Source: the human T2T-CHM13v2.0 reference genome, Homo sapiens. Taken from it: a stretch of DNA of 64,000 nt. Where the stretch lies: assembly GCF_009914755.1 (NCBI RefSeq), contig NC_060936.1. The stretch is one strand, 5' to 3'. This document shows positions 40,821 through 53,360 of this stretch, in pieces. Within the stretch, counting starts at the first letter, position 1, and every line of letters starts with the position of its first letter. The position numbers and the translations under genes are program-made. Under the pieces are notes generated by a model, which was not told the origin of the DNA, searched no databases, and was given only the letters and a program-made list of their open reading frames with translations.

Positions 40821-42299
40821 AGAGAGGGGAGGGAGAGGAAAAAAAGGGAGAATCTTCTCTGCTTCGATCTGCTTTTGCAGCTTTGGCTTATTCTCAGGCT
40901 TTCTCTGATATTTAACTTTCACCTAAATGGGTTTCTTTCTCATTCTCTCCGAATCTCTGTCTCCAATTTTCTTTCAATCTTCTGGTATTTTTTCGTATTT
41001 AGACGTTTACTGAACTATTTATCCAACCCTGTATTACTTAAGCCATGCATTGGTTAGAAGCTCGAAATAATCACATGGAAATTCGAGTGTTTTTTCTATT
41101 AGACCCCAAAAGGATACATCTGGTTTGGGGGAGTTTTATTTTGTCTTTCTTTTTAATCCGCTTGGCTGTGTTCTGTGGACCTAGTTGAGATCGGATTGTG
41201 GTTTTGCAGATGTTGATTATCTCACCAATGGCCAGCATTGCTTCTCGGCCTTCTCTGGAGGGAGCTTCTGAGTTTGCACCATAAATATAATTTCACCCCC
41301 CAATAAGATAATTCTTCAAGGGTTTTTTCCCTCAATCCTAGCCCCCTCAGGAGGCAACCTACTGCGGGCCTCTGCACTGCTATCTGATGGTCCCAGGGGC
41401 AGGCTGGGCCGGTTCTGGGGTGCAGTTGTCTCCTCCGCAGTGAGAATTAGGCCCCTCTCAGCCCAGTCAAGCCCTGTTAGGGGTCCAAAGCTTCCCACTG
41501 CAAAGACTCCAGGAGGCCCCCAGAAGCTCCTCAGTTCCCCGGAAATGACAGCAGAAGAGTAGTTCGCCCCCAGATTTTCAGGAGCAGGCAGGCAGGTCCA
41601 TGTGGAGCTAGGCACCTCCTTTTGCTGCATTCTCTACCTCCCTTCCGCATCCTTCCTCTAGCCGTGAGTGGAGGTGTGAGGCTGGGTGGCTCCCGGCTCC
41701 AGAGGAAAACCCGGCATTATCAATTATCCTTGAGTATTGGGGAAGAGGACTCCAAATGTCTCTCCAAATTCCTGAGGATAAAGAGCTGATAAAGAAGTGT
41801 GCAGCAGCAGCTGGGGCGGGAAGAGATAACGGCAGGGAAACCTGTCCTTACCCCCACTTCGCCTCTACTGTAAATAAACCCCGAGCCAAAGGGCTCATCC
41901 GTCTCCTTAAACAGTCAGTAAACTTTATATGACACAATATCTAATAGTAATTTATTGAGGAGATATTGTAAATTCCAACGGTTTTAGTTAATAAAGAAGC
42001 TAATTAAAGAGGGACAGGCTGTGCTTGGCCAGCTGTTGGCGATAAGATAATATATGGGGGGGGGGGTGCAGGTTATAGGGGTGTATATATGCGGGCATTT
42101 TTTGGTGTGTGTTTTTTCCCTTTTGCCCCGTGTTGGGCAATTGCTTTACTCTCTGCGTTAGGTTATATACATTGTTTTAGAAAATCAGTTCAGCAAATAA
42201 ACCTGCCCCCGCCCTTTGTTACCCCACTCACCCCCAGGATTGGGGAAGGGGGAAGTTAGAGTGCGGGATGGTGGGGAGGGGGGAATCGGTTGTCCCCAC

Positions 42300-42419
42300 C
42301 CCTCCCCCTGGCGGCCGTGCCCACGTGAGTGGGGCGGCCAATGGGTGACTGGTGCAGATTTAACTATGTTTAATGTCAGATAGCAATAAAGTAGAAGCTG
42401 CCGGTCGGGCCCCGCGGAA
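42300..42419 (+). promoter_or_regulatory. HOXC12 proximal promoter
   Basis: CACGTG 42322-42327, GGGGCGG 42331-42337, CCAAT 42338-42342. CTCF-like GGCCGCCAGGGGGAGG on - at ~42301-42316. Confidence 0.7.
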
Positions 42420-43029
42420 ATGGGCGAGCATAATCTCCTGAATCCCGGGTTTGTGGGGCCGCTGGTAAACATCCACACGGGAGACACCTTCTACTTCCCC
42501 AACTTCCGCGCGTCCGGGGCGCAGCTTCCCGGGCTGCCTTCGCTGTCCTACCCACGCCGCGACAACGTGTGCTCCCTGTCCTGGCCGTCGGCGGAGCCGT
42601 GCAATGGCTACCCGCAGCCCTACCTCGGCAGCCCAGTGTCTCTCAACCCTCCCTTCGGCCGCACGTGCGAGCTGGCGCGCGTGGAGGACGGCAAGGGTTA
42701 CTACCGCGAGCCGTGCGCCGAGGGTGGCGGCGGGGGCCTGAAGCGTGAGGAGCGCGGGCGCGACCCGGGAGCCGGGCCCGGGGCAGCGCTGCTCCCGCTG
42801 GAGCCGTCGGGGCCGCCTGCGCTCGGCTTCAAGTACGACTACGCGGCGGGCGGCGGCGGTGGCGACGGCGGCGGCGGCGCAGGACCTCCGCACGACCCGC
42901 CCTCCTGCCAGTCGCTGGAATCCGACTCCAGTTCGTCCCTGCTCAACGAGGGCAACAAGGGCGCCGGCGCAGGCGACCCCGGCAGCTTGGTATCGCCGTT
43001 GAACCCCGGCGGCGGGCTCTCGGCCAGCG
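42420..43029 (+). CDS. HOXC12: Homeobox C12, coding exon 1 (610 nt)
   Basis: [33 protein letters not shown] is a paralog-12 N-terminus. Donor AGCG|GTAAGG at 43029/43030. Confidence 0.97.
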
Positions 43030-43817
43030 GTAAGGACCCCGGCCACTCAAGCGGCGGATTCAAACCCGACTTCTTACCAGGGCGGGCAGAACAGGACTGA
43101 GCTAGGGACGCCCAGGGTGACAGAATGTGTGGCGAGGAAGAGCTTCTTATAAAATGAAGTGCGGGTGGGGGGAGCCTATAAACATGTAAACATCCCCACA
43201 AAAGAAATGGAGAGTGTTCCTTTTTCGTCTGCCTGCGGCTGGAGGCGGCAGGGATTCCGGAGTTGGGGGATCCTGACGGGGACTCCCCAGGCCTGGGGGT
43301 GAGGAGGTGGGGACAGAAAGCCCGGCCCTAGTTCTCCCAGGCGCCTCTCCCTCCACCTTCCCACAGACCCCATTACTTACATTTCGAAAGAAATGCCAGT
43401 GGATGCGTTTACTCTGCCATTCGCCCATATCTGTTGTAACTGATCCGGGATCCAGTCCTGAAGGATGTGAGAGGAAGGAACCAGGAAATAGGGAAGAAGA
43501 AAATTGGGGAGAGGTTTGGGAAAAAAGGAGGGGATAGGGACTTAGAAGGGTCATGAATAGTGCAGCAGGAGGTAGGGTTGAGGAGGTAAGAGCAAAGAAT
43601 GAAAGGAAAAAAAAGAGTAAAGAAAGTGGGGGAGTTGGTGGGGATGTGGGTCTGGGTAGAAAAGACGATTCAGATGACTGGCGGCAAGGAGAAGGGAGAG
43701 AAAGGGCCTGGAGTCCAGCTGTGAGGCGAAGGTGAAAGGGTCTGGGGAAGGGCCAAGGGCACTGGACTGGTCACCCTTTGATCCTTTGGCCAACCCCTGC
43801 CATTCATCTCCACCCAG

Positions 43818-44056
43818 GCGCGCCCTGGTACCCGATCAACAGCCGCTCTCGGAAGAAGCGCAAGCCCTATTCGAAGTTGCAACTGGCAGAGCTGGAGGGC
43901 GAGTTTCTGGTCAACGAGTTCATCACACGCCAGCGCCGGAGGGAACTCTCAGACCGCTTGAATCTTAGTGACCAGCAGGTCAAGATCTGGTTTCAGAACC
44001 GGAGAATGAAAAAGAAAAGACTTCTGTTGAGGGAGCAAGCTCTCTCCTTCTTTTAA
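43818..44056 (+). CDS. HOXC12: Homeobox C12, coding exon 2 (homeodomain)
   Basis: Acceptor CCCAG ending 43817. Encodes [29 protein letters not shown]...[15 protein letters not shown], stop TAA 44054-44056. 610+239=849 nt = 282 aa. Confidence 0.97.
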
Positions 44057-46432
44057 GGTGCAGGACACGGGCGCCAGCCCCAGACTGAGCCTGTCCCTGG
44101 CAGAGAGCAAAAGAGGGCGCCGCCTAGAACACAGTCCCCACTTAGAACGCCAGGCGTCTCTGGCAGGCCCTCCCTGAATATCCTCTTGTCTGTTTTGTTC
44201 GTGGTTCCCTCCCATACACACCCAAAACACCCTGCCAGGTCCCAGAGAGAAGGGAAGAAACCTAGCCAGGGAGAGCAGAAGCCGGCAGCTGCCTGCGGTT
44301 GGCAGGGGCAGGAAGGCTGAGGTGCTGCGGGCTGGTTTATTTGAGGCAGGACTGGGGCACTGCACCTCCGCTGAGGATCTGGAGAAGCAGCGGCCCAGAT
44401 GTCCCCTTCCTCTACTTCCCTTCCATGGTCTTAATTCTCTTTGCCGTCAGGAGCAAAGAGCAGGGCCAGTGGAACCAAGGCACCTCAACCTCACAGTTCC
44501 TGGGGTTAGAAGAGGCTGGGAAGAGAGAGGAGGGTGGAGGGTCAGCGGAGAGAGCTGAGGGAGTCAGGTGTCTCTGGTAGGGCTGGAGGAAGTGGGGAAC
44601 CAAGGAGGAAGTGTGGTTTGTGAGAAAATGATTAGCAAGAACCAGAGTCTGCTTGGGTCTGGGTCCCCCAGGACACCCAGTGGGCAGAAGCTTGGGCATT
44701 TGGCTGGCCGGGCTGTGGACAAGGACTATCAGCCTCATGTTCCCTCTAGGACCAGAACAGTGTCCTGGTCCCCAGCCCTCTCCTGATCCCGCTGCCCGCA
44801 CCGGGCGAATGTCTGTTCATAGGTGTGCTGCCATCCACTCCTCCGTTGCCTGCGGTGGCTGCAGGCCTGATGCAGCAAGCAGGGACCTGAGAGCCCAGGG
44901 GACACAGCCTCAGGTTCAGTAGCCACCCCAGAGGTCCCCAGCTGGCTCTCCAGAAAGAAAGTGCAAGAGGCTGTAGATGGGGCTACGGAGCACCACACTG
45001 ATTGGCCGGGAGAATTTCTGACAGCCACAGCCGAGGCCTCTGATTCTCCCTTCCCCGCTGGCGTTCACGGTCACGGCCTCACGGCCGGCCAGAGGGTGGA
45101 CCAGCGTAATTTACGAGGCGGGAGGAGAATTCACCCTTAAAGGGGCTACCAGCCATTGAGGTCCCACTCAGCCCCAGTTTCCCAGGCCCGTGAGAATGAA
45201 GGAGGGGGGCGCTCCAGCCCCCCACCCAACTCCCTTCTCTCTTCCTCGCCCGCCCCCCAACATTGCCCTTTGTCTTCAGAAGGGCTGCCTCCGCCTCCTG
45301 GCCTGCAAACCTCCACAGCCTAGCACATGGACCAGAGCAGAGGGAGGGGCACAGCCCTAGAACCCATTGGAGGTCTGAGAATGGCTTCTCTGAGTGGGAA
45401 GGACTTTCATCCAGACTCCTTCAGACCCCAGCCCCAGCCCAGTAGACGCTGGGCTGGCTTGGAAGAGAGGAGCAGTGAGAGAACCATCAACCTTTCTGTA
45501 CTTCATTTTTATCCTTCTCCCCAAGAGTCCCCCAGCCTCCCATCTGCTGTCCGGCCCTTTCCAGGAGCAAGAGGGGTGAGAAGCAGGGCACTGATGGGAG
45601 TTAACTGCAGCCTGGACAGTGTGAAACTGGCCTGCTGGCTTGGAGTGTTTCCCATATGGGGAGAGTCTCCCCTAACAAACTCTCCAAAGGCAATCCACCG
45701 AGCTTTTTACTCTCCCACCAGCACACAGCTTCTGTACAGGCAGAGGCAAAGGCAAACACATACACACAGCTGAGCCCAGCACAGCACTGGGCCCACCCCA
45801 CTCTCCCTAGTGCACTCGCAAGCAGGCAGCCTCATAATCCCCACATGGCCCAGCAGAATGGAGATAAAATCACATGCCTCCATCCCCCGCTGGGTATCTG
45901 ACACCTGACAATTCCCCATCCACACATACTTGCTTCACCCATGTACAAGTTCCCCCAAATTACCACCATTCCAGCTGTCTGCAGTCTCCTGTGGTCTTCC
46001 CCTGGGCATGAAGCACTCCCCACCTTGACTGGTCACCCACTGTACCCCCTTTATGCAGCCCTTCCTGTGACCTCTGGGCTCTAGGGTGCTGGATTTGAGC
46101 TCTACCACTCCAGACTAACCTGATTCCCAATCTAATAATGAAGAGGGACCAGAACACTCTAAAAGGAGTGAGGGGACAAAGATATGCAATATTCTCTTTC
46201 CATTTGCTTTAAACTTGACTTCTGTGAGGTTCTCTGTCAATCTGTGTCTTGTTCTCTGTGTCTGTCGCTGGTACCTAGTGTAGTCCCTGTGGATAGTTGC
46301 CCTTCCCCTAGCTGCCTCCCCAGCTCTCTGCAGTGTAATTCTCCTATTCAAACGTCTGTCTTTAGCACGTTTTCCCTTTATATAGTCCTTGTACAGAGTT
46401 GCTTCATCATATTAATATTGATAATAATAATA

Positions 46433-46438
46433 ATTAAA
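46433..46438 (+). terminator. Probable HOXC12 polyadenylation signal (ATTAAA; AATAAA copies also at ~46549-46563)
   Basis: Poly(A) hexamers in an AT-rich block about 2.4 kb after the stop, followed by a TG/T-rich tract. Confidence 0.5.
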
Positions 46439-48199
46439 ACATGAATTATGATTATGTGATTTTTTGAAAACAAAAGTTCTACCCCAAAATAATGGGAGTC
46501 CCAGCCTCTTAGCTGTTCTCCACTTTATTTTCTCCAGCTCGGGTGAATAATAAAAATAATAAATGTATAATAATAATGAAGGAAGAGTGGTTGCAGGGGC
46601 AACAAAAATACATAAGCAACCAAGATCTGTTGATGAGCTACCATCTCCAGCCCCAAGCAATTATAGCAGAGAGAAAATTGGGGGGTGGCAGACTTGGGGG
46701 AGGAGAGGGAGCTTTGAGAAGTCATGGGGCCATAAAAATAATGTGGACAGCCTAAAGGAGGTTGAAACCAGCTTCAGAAAAGGAGGTCTGTGCTTCAGGA
46801 ACTTGACAAATAGAAGCCAGGATAGGGGCACTGGTGAGCTGAGCTGGATACTGGGGCAGTAAGAGTAACCCATAATCCCGGGGCTGAGATGGAGGGGGGT
46901 TGGTGGGCCTAGAGCTTCAACCGTGTGGTCTTAATCCTATGGCTTCACTCTGAGATGACGCTTGTGTATTGCAAGATGTTGAGAAGGGGCTAAAGACCCC
47001 TTGGAACTGGCAAAATAGGCTCCACCTTTTGAAGCCAGCGACTCCCTCTAGCCCATGCCAGAGGAAAGCCCAGGCCCAGGCCAGTGGTAGAGTCCAGATG
47101 TGCCCATGAACCCTCTGCACCTCCACCTACCCCTTCCTTTGGTAAGACATGCCCTCTCTCTTTCTTACCCTTTTGCCTCTTCCCTCCCCTCTCTCCAGTT
47201 ACCTTTTCTAACTGTAAAGCTCCTATCGAAGGAGTCTCCTCCAAATTCCTCTTCCACCCTCCTGTACCAGAATCCTAGGGGCCCCCACCAAGTCCAGACT
47301 CTGAGCCACACCTCCTGCCCTGAAATCTCTCTTTCCTTCCCCTTTTTTATTCCTATAATTAGATAAACTAGCGAATTTAGATCAAATACCATTCTCTTTT
47401 TTACCCCTAATCCCCAGTTGCTTTGCGAAGCTGAGGAGTACGGACAGGAAGGAGACCCAAAGCCTTAGGTTGCTCATATAAATGCCCCACAGAGTGCAGC
47501 ATCCACCGAAGACGGGCAGCTTGGGCAGCCATGAGCTGGGGGAGGGGCCTGGTGTTTGAGCCTGGGTCTGAATAGAGGAGGGTAAGAGGAGTCAGAATAC
47601 CAGGAAATCAAGGCAAAAGAATATCTGACTCTTATGACGTGTCTACACAGGAAGGGTCAACAATAGGGACATCTCTGGCAAAAGAAAAAGGAGGACTTAG
47701 GAAGGCCGCAAATAACTGGCCTTTAATTTATTCCCAGAGATACTCCCAATTTGAGAGAGAAGGCACCTAGTTGGGTGGTGTCTCTGCAGGTCCAGAGACT
47801 CAACGCAAACACTGGGGATGTTGCCAGAGAAGGATGTTGCCTCCTTCCTATGACTGAAAAACAAATCGTTGGGTCTCCCGGCCAAAGAGGAGGTCACGGT
47901 TGGAACCGCGATCCCAATACTTAGGTCGCAGCTGAGCTCTCCATCTGGGTGAGGATTTCCTCTATGTTGCAACTATTTGTCCAGTTTTAGCCCCCAAATT
48001 ACAATGTACTCCACTAACTTTAAGACAAAGCACTCCGTGTCTCTCGCCGGGTTTTGAGGAGCAAGAAAAGGGAAGAAATATCCAGATAATTTAGGTAGAC
48101 AATAATTCTGCTGTTGTGCGTGTATAAACTTATATCCCCCGAGTGAGTTCTGTATTTGGACCTGGTTATTGTTGCAGTTATTCTGCTCCACTCTGACGT

Positions 48200-49350
48200 G
48201 CACAGACGAAATTGAGTATTTAAAGCCACTAAGCCGCTATCGAGCCGGCAGGTGATGGGTCCGGCCGTCTGGGTTCTGTGGGTGCTAATGTAGCCGGAAA
48301 TCCGGCGCGATCGATGGCTGAGACCCAGAGCAGAGCAGGGACCGCTGGCCCCGGTCCGCGAACAAAGCAAACTCCGGGGACTTGGGGTTCCGGCCAGGCC
48401 GGAGCCCCTGCCCACCCTCCCTGCTATATCCAGGAAAGCAGAAGCGGTTTTTCGGCCCCAGGCCGCGCGAGAAACGCACTCTGGAGCCGCCAATCCTCTC
48501 TGCATGGCACCTGGAGGCGCGGAAGGTTCCGGTGTAATTCAGCGGGAGGTGGAAGGCAGGCCCCGATCCCACAGCGCGCCTATGCTCAGCCTTTGGTCCG
48601 AGCGGCCGCCCTCCTGCGTGTGCCTCGGTCCAGACGGCGCTGCCGATTTTCCAAGGAGAGGCCGTGGCCCGCGTCCGCCGCTGCAGGACTCCCCAGCTTC
48701 GCCCTCCGCTCCGCGCTGCAGCCCTGCGCGGTGCTCTCGGTTGCCACTCTAGCCGAGGCCTCGAGACAAAGACGCGCCGGGCACTGGTGGACGACCCGGG
48801 CGCCTGGGACACTCCCTGACTCGCGCCTGGAGTGCTCAGCATCCCGGCCCTGTGGCGAAGGTTGTGAGACCTTGGTCCAATTCCCCGACCGTCGTGGTCC
48901 CGGCTGCGGTCCTTTCCAGGGTCCAGGGAGAGGAAACCCGGCGCGCCCACAGCCCCGGCTGACTCGAGCAGCTCCCGCGCCCGACAGCGCCGGCAGCTCT
49001 GGTCTCCTCCGGAGGGCTGCTGTGCCCCCGCGAAGGACGAGATGACCCCTGCTGGCCGGAGCTGTGGAGGTTGCCTCGCCGAGACCCGGATCTGTCCAGT
49101 CGCTCGTCCCTGAGCACCCTAGGCGTTGGGGGGACGCCCTGTGAGTGTGAGAGACCTCCAAGAGCGGCTGGAGTCTGAGGCGCTGGCCGGGCTTCGTGAA
49201 TTAGACCTTTATCCTAAGCTCCTTCCCTCTGCCGGGCACTCGGTGTCCCCACAGCAGCTGACCGCCCTCCTGCCCGGCTTCTCATCGCTAGAGGCTCTGC
49301 CCTGGAGGCTCCTAAGACCTGTGCCGCCCGCTGGAGCCTGGCATAGGAGC
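48200..49350. promoter_or_regulatory. CpG island between HOXC12 and the HOTAIR 3' end, with CTCF-like motifs
   Basis: CpG-dense. TGGCACCTGGAGGCGC (+, 48505-48520) and GGCCAGCAGGGGTCAT (-, 49042-49057). Confidence 0.7.
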
Positions 49351-52300
49351 CAAGAAACTGGGCCTCGACAAGACCAAACACAGCTGGACCTTTAGCCAAT
49401 CTAAACCAGCCCATTGCCAGCAGGTGATTTCTCTTCTTCCAGCCAGAGCCACTTAGGAGGCAAGTCTTCACTTTGTCAGTTTACCTGGCCCAGAGTGGAG
49501 AGCTTCCTTCAAAGACAGGTCTGTGAGGATGGAACCCCCCAGCAGCCCTTGCTTGGGAAGCTCTCTGTAAAACGTGCATAGTCCACATGCAGAGCATGGA
49601 AAAGATGTTCCATAAAGCACACACCTGGTCATAGTGCTGCCAATAAATTGAAACACAGTCTAAAATGCACAGATATCTCTATTATGGGTACATTGTTGGC
49701 ATAGAAAATATATTTCTTTATAAAATGTACACACAGAGGCACTTTTATCTACTGTATGTGAAAGCAACCGACTGGGGAAAGATTACATACAGCACGTATA
49801 TTCACCACATGTAAAACTTTATTTATGCATAAAACCACCACACACACACAACCTACACAAGGAATGTGCAGTCCTGAGTCTATTTAGCTACATGTGAGTA
49901 TATACTCCATAAGGCATATAAAACCAGTGCACAGAAAATGCATCCAGATATTAATATATCTACATTTTAAAACTGCATGGAAAATACATTATTATATATA
50001 CACAAAGTGCATACCTACCCAATGTATGGAAAATATATTCTGTGAGTTGTGTTTATATACATACTGTGTGTGTACTAAATACATTGAAATTGCATTCTTC
50101 TGGGTTCATGAACTGTTTAAGACACAATTCTCTAGCAATCTTAATAGCAGGAGGAAGTTCAGGCATTGGGAATGGTAATCTCCATCTGCTGAGTTTTTTT
50201 TCTGTTCTTCTGTACTTCTATTATTTCTGTCTTTTAAATACCCCTTCTGTGTCTACATGCATCACTTATTTAAGTGTTCTCCTATGTCTATTTTTCTACT
50301 GCAACTTTTGTCCCAAGCTGGGGTCTATATTTAGAGTGCAAAGTCCCGTTTGCAGCAGGGTCCCACTGCATAATCACTCCTGTATGGAACAAGCATTATA
50401 TAATTAGGTTACCCATGTGTCTCAAGATGCATTCTTCTAGACCTAATATAAGCATATTATAGAGTTGCTCTGTGCTGCCAGTTAGAAAAGCGGTGCCACT
50501 GTGTCTTGGAGAGGCGTGTAACAGGCAGGTGGATTCCTGGGTGGGTGCTGAACCTTCAAGAGCTTCCAAAGGCTAGGGCTGGTTTCACTTTTAAAAATTT
50601 GTTTTTGAATCTTAAGTCTAGGAATCAGCACGAAGCAAAGGCTGGACCTTTGCTTCTATGTTCCTCTCAAATTCCGGAGCAGCTCAAGTCCCCTGCATCC
50701 AGCCGGGACAGAGAGGCTTCCGGCCTACACAACCCCTTCGCTTCCTTGTAATTCTTAAATTGGGCTGGGTCTACACAAGTAGCAGGGAAAGGCTTTCCTA
50801 TAACCCAAGCTTTTTTCCAACAAAACACACTCCCAACCCCTTTGGGGAAGCATTTTCTGACACTGAACGGACTCTGTTTGGGCCTCCTAAAATTGGTCCC
50901 ATTTGGATCTTTCCTTAGCAACTAAAAATCCAGAACCCTCTGACATTTGCCTATGGAAAAATTATTTGAGAGACAGTGCACTCACGCCCAACAGATATAT
51001 TGTTTATGAGTCCATGGGTTCCGTGTAGACGCCGCCATATTTTACAGTCCAAAGGAATCAATTAATTAGCGCCTCCCAGTCCCCCCACCGACCGCTGCTC
51101 GGCTGAGCGGGCGCGGCTGAGATAGAGGTGCTTGGCCAGCTCTCTGGTCTTGTTAACAAGCCTCATCATAAAGATGGAGATGATAAGAAGAGCAAGGAAG
51201 CCCCGGTGGCCGCGAGGGGCGGGGCTTGGTGGGCCCGGTGTGGGGCAGTGGCTGACCGGAGCCGGGTGCTGCCCCGGCACCCGCTCAGGTTTTTCCAGCG
51301 TTCTCTGGGCGTTCATGTGGCGAGCTAGGACCCGGATTATTCTCTCTGTACTCCCGTTCCCTAGATTTTCCCTTTTCCTCATGGAACACCAAATCAGATT
51401 TTAAAAAATAAAAATACATAAACCTCTGTCTGTGAGTGCCCGTCTTGCCCTCTGCCACGTTTTTCCGGGAACTGCCGCCTTGCTCCCTTGCCTGCATTTC
51501 TCTGCGTGGTTCGCTTTCACCTTCGTCTGGCGCTCTCTTCCCTCCTCTGGCTCTCTCTCTAGCTTCGTGGTTGCTTTTTCTACCAGGTCGGTACTGGCTT
51601 AGGCCCCAACGAGCTTGTGAAAAAAAAATACAAATGCCCCCTGGTTATCTCTTGCCAGAGTGAACACCCCCAGATAAGCCAGACCCAATGAAAATAAAGT
51701 TAAAAAAAAAACAACAAACCTTGGGTGTAATTGCTGGTTTAGGTTGCAGCACTTCTCTCGCCAATGTGCATACTTAACGGAGAGATATTGATATTAAAGG
51801 GCAGGAGGGAATTAATTTTACTTTTATAGTCATCTATTAAGAGCAGAAGATGATCTGAGTCTCCTTTAAAGGGACTCAAAAAAGGGGGAAGGGAAAGAGA
51901 AAGAAAGGGAGGGGGAAGGGAGAAATATGACTGAAGGGGAACAAAGATCTTTGCCTGAAGAAACAATGTAACACTAGACAGAACTATAAAGTCTGGGAAT
52001 GTAAGAACGCAGGACTCTCTCAGCTTCCCCCATTTGGAATTCTGTCCCCTGCACTTCCTGCTGAAATCCTGACCCTGACTACACAGTGGTATTCCAGGAA
52101 GAATTCATGCAATTATTCGGATAATTGTAGAGGGAGAGAGAGAAAGTATTTCTCTTTTATTGTCTGACCCTCTCTGATGTCTGTGCAGAGGAGGAGGGGC
52201 CAGGGGTGTATGGGATGTAGAGGAAAAGGAGACAGTAGGGTCTCCCAACATCACCCTAAGCCCTACAAAATGGCTATTCCTAAATCAAGGAGGCCCTAGG

Positions 52301-53094
52301 CAGGAGCTTATAGATTTTGGAACATACTCAAGAACGCACAAGAGATCGAGTTTGAATGCCCCTGATTTAGTTTCATTTTCCAGGATATTTGCTTGGCTTT
52401 ACTTTGTCAGCATAGACCTGCCTCCTCTAGTATTGTAATCATTACAAGTAAGGGGATAATAGATAATTACAGGGGTATCAATAATATTATTTTATAGCCA
52501 AACAAGATATGATTAGAGTTAATGTCAGAGGCTCGGCTGGAGCCTGGGAGGCAGCAATAGACAAGGTGGAGAGGCCCTTATAGTCTTTCTCTATCCTATT
52601 TTTACATATGCTTTAATCTCTATAAATCCCTAGTTCTCTAAATCTCCTCCTCAGATGTCTTAAGGGAAAGCTCTAAGATTTTAGGGGCTGAAAGCCAGAG
52701 AAGGGTGAACCACAATTTGGTACTTGAACTCTGCTCCCCTCCCCATAGTTTCAGGAGCTGTGGGATCTGCTTTCCCCAAGCCCCCCCAGCCTGAGGCTTT
52801 GCTCTCAGTCCAAGGCCACTAGGGTCACAGAGACTTTGCAGGTGGGGCCAATGTGAGGAAGACAGGGTCTTATCCAAACCAATTTCATTGTCATCCCCAA
52901 GTGGGCACTGGTCCCAAAGTGAAGGCTCTTTTGATCCTAAATTGGCCTTCCCCCTCTCCCCCAGGAACACCTGGGTGGGGCAAAAGCCAGGCTGGGGCTG
53001 TGAAGGCCAGTTCAGGGTAGGGATGCAGGAAGGACTGAAAATATTTGTGTTGTTGTTGTTTCCGGGATTTGAGACCAGAAGGGACCAGAAGTCT

Positions 53095-53360
53095 GGGAAG
53101 AGAGAGAAAGAGATCAAGGAAGTGCCTGAGAACAAGGCAAGAGAGAACCCAGGGAAGCTATGAAACCAGCCGGCAAGGGTAAAAAGAATGAGTGAAAGAA
53201 AGGGGGCAGGAAGAACAGCAGGAGAAAAAGAAGGAAGGAAGGAAGGAAATGAAAAGGAAAAGACAGAAAAAAGAGGAAGAAAAAGACAGGAGGGAAATGA
53301 AAATAAGAAAGACGAGAGAGAAGGATCGAAAGATAAAAAGAGGCGGGAGGGAGGCAGAAG
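53095..53360. repeat. GA-rich polypurine low-complexity tract in HOTAIR intron 4
   Basis: About 265 bp dominated by A/G on the + strand, including (GAAG)n. Confidence 0.85.

Noticed and set aside
42366-42441. Upstream ATGs at 42366 and 42373 before HOXC12, and 60594 before HOXC11
   Set aside because: They probably lie at or upstream of the transcription start, so they cannot be called uORFs without TSS data.
48278-49045. 255-aa and other long ORFs in CpG islands (15036-15773, 37203-38024, 61664-62575)
   Set aside because: Stop-codon scarcity in GC-rich DNA; several frames open at once, often non-ATG starts, no domains.
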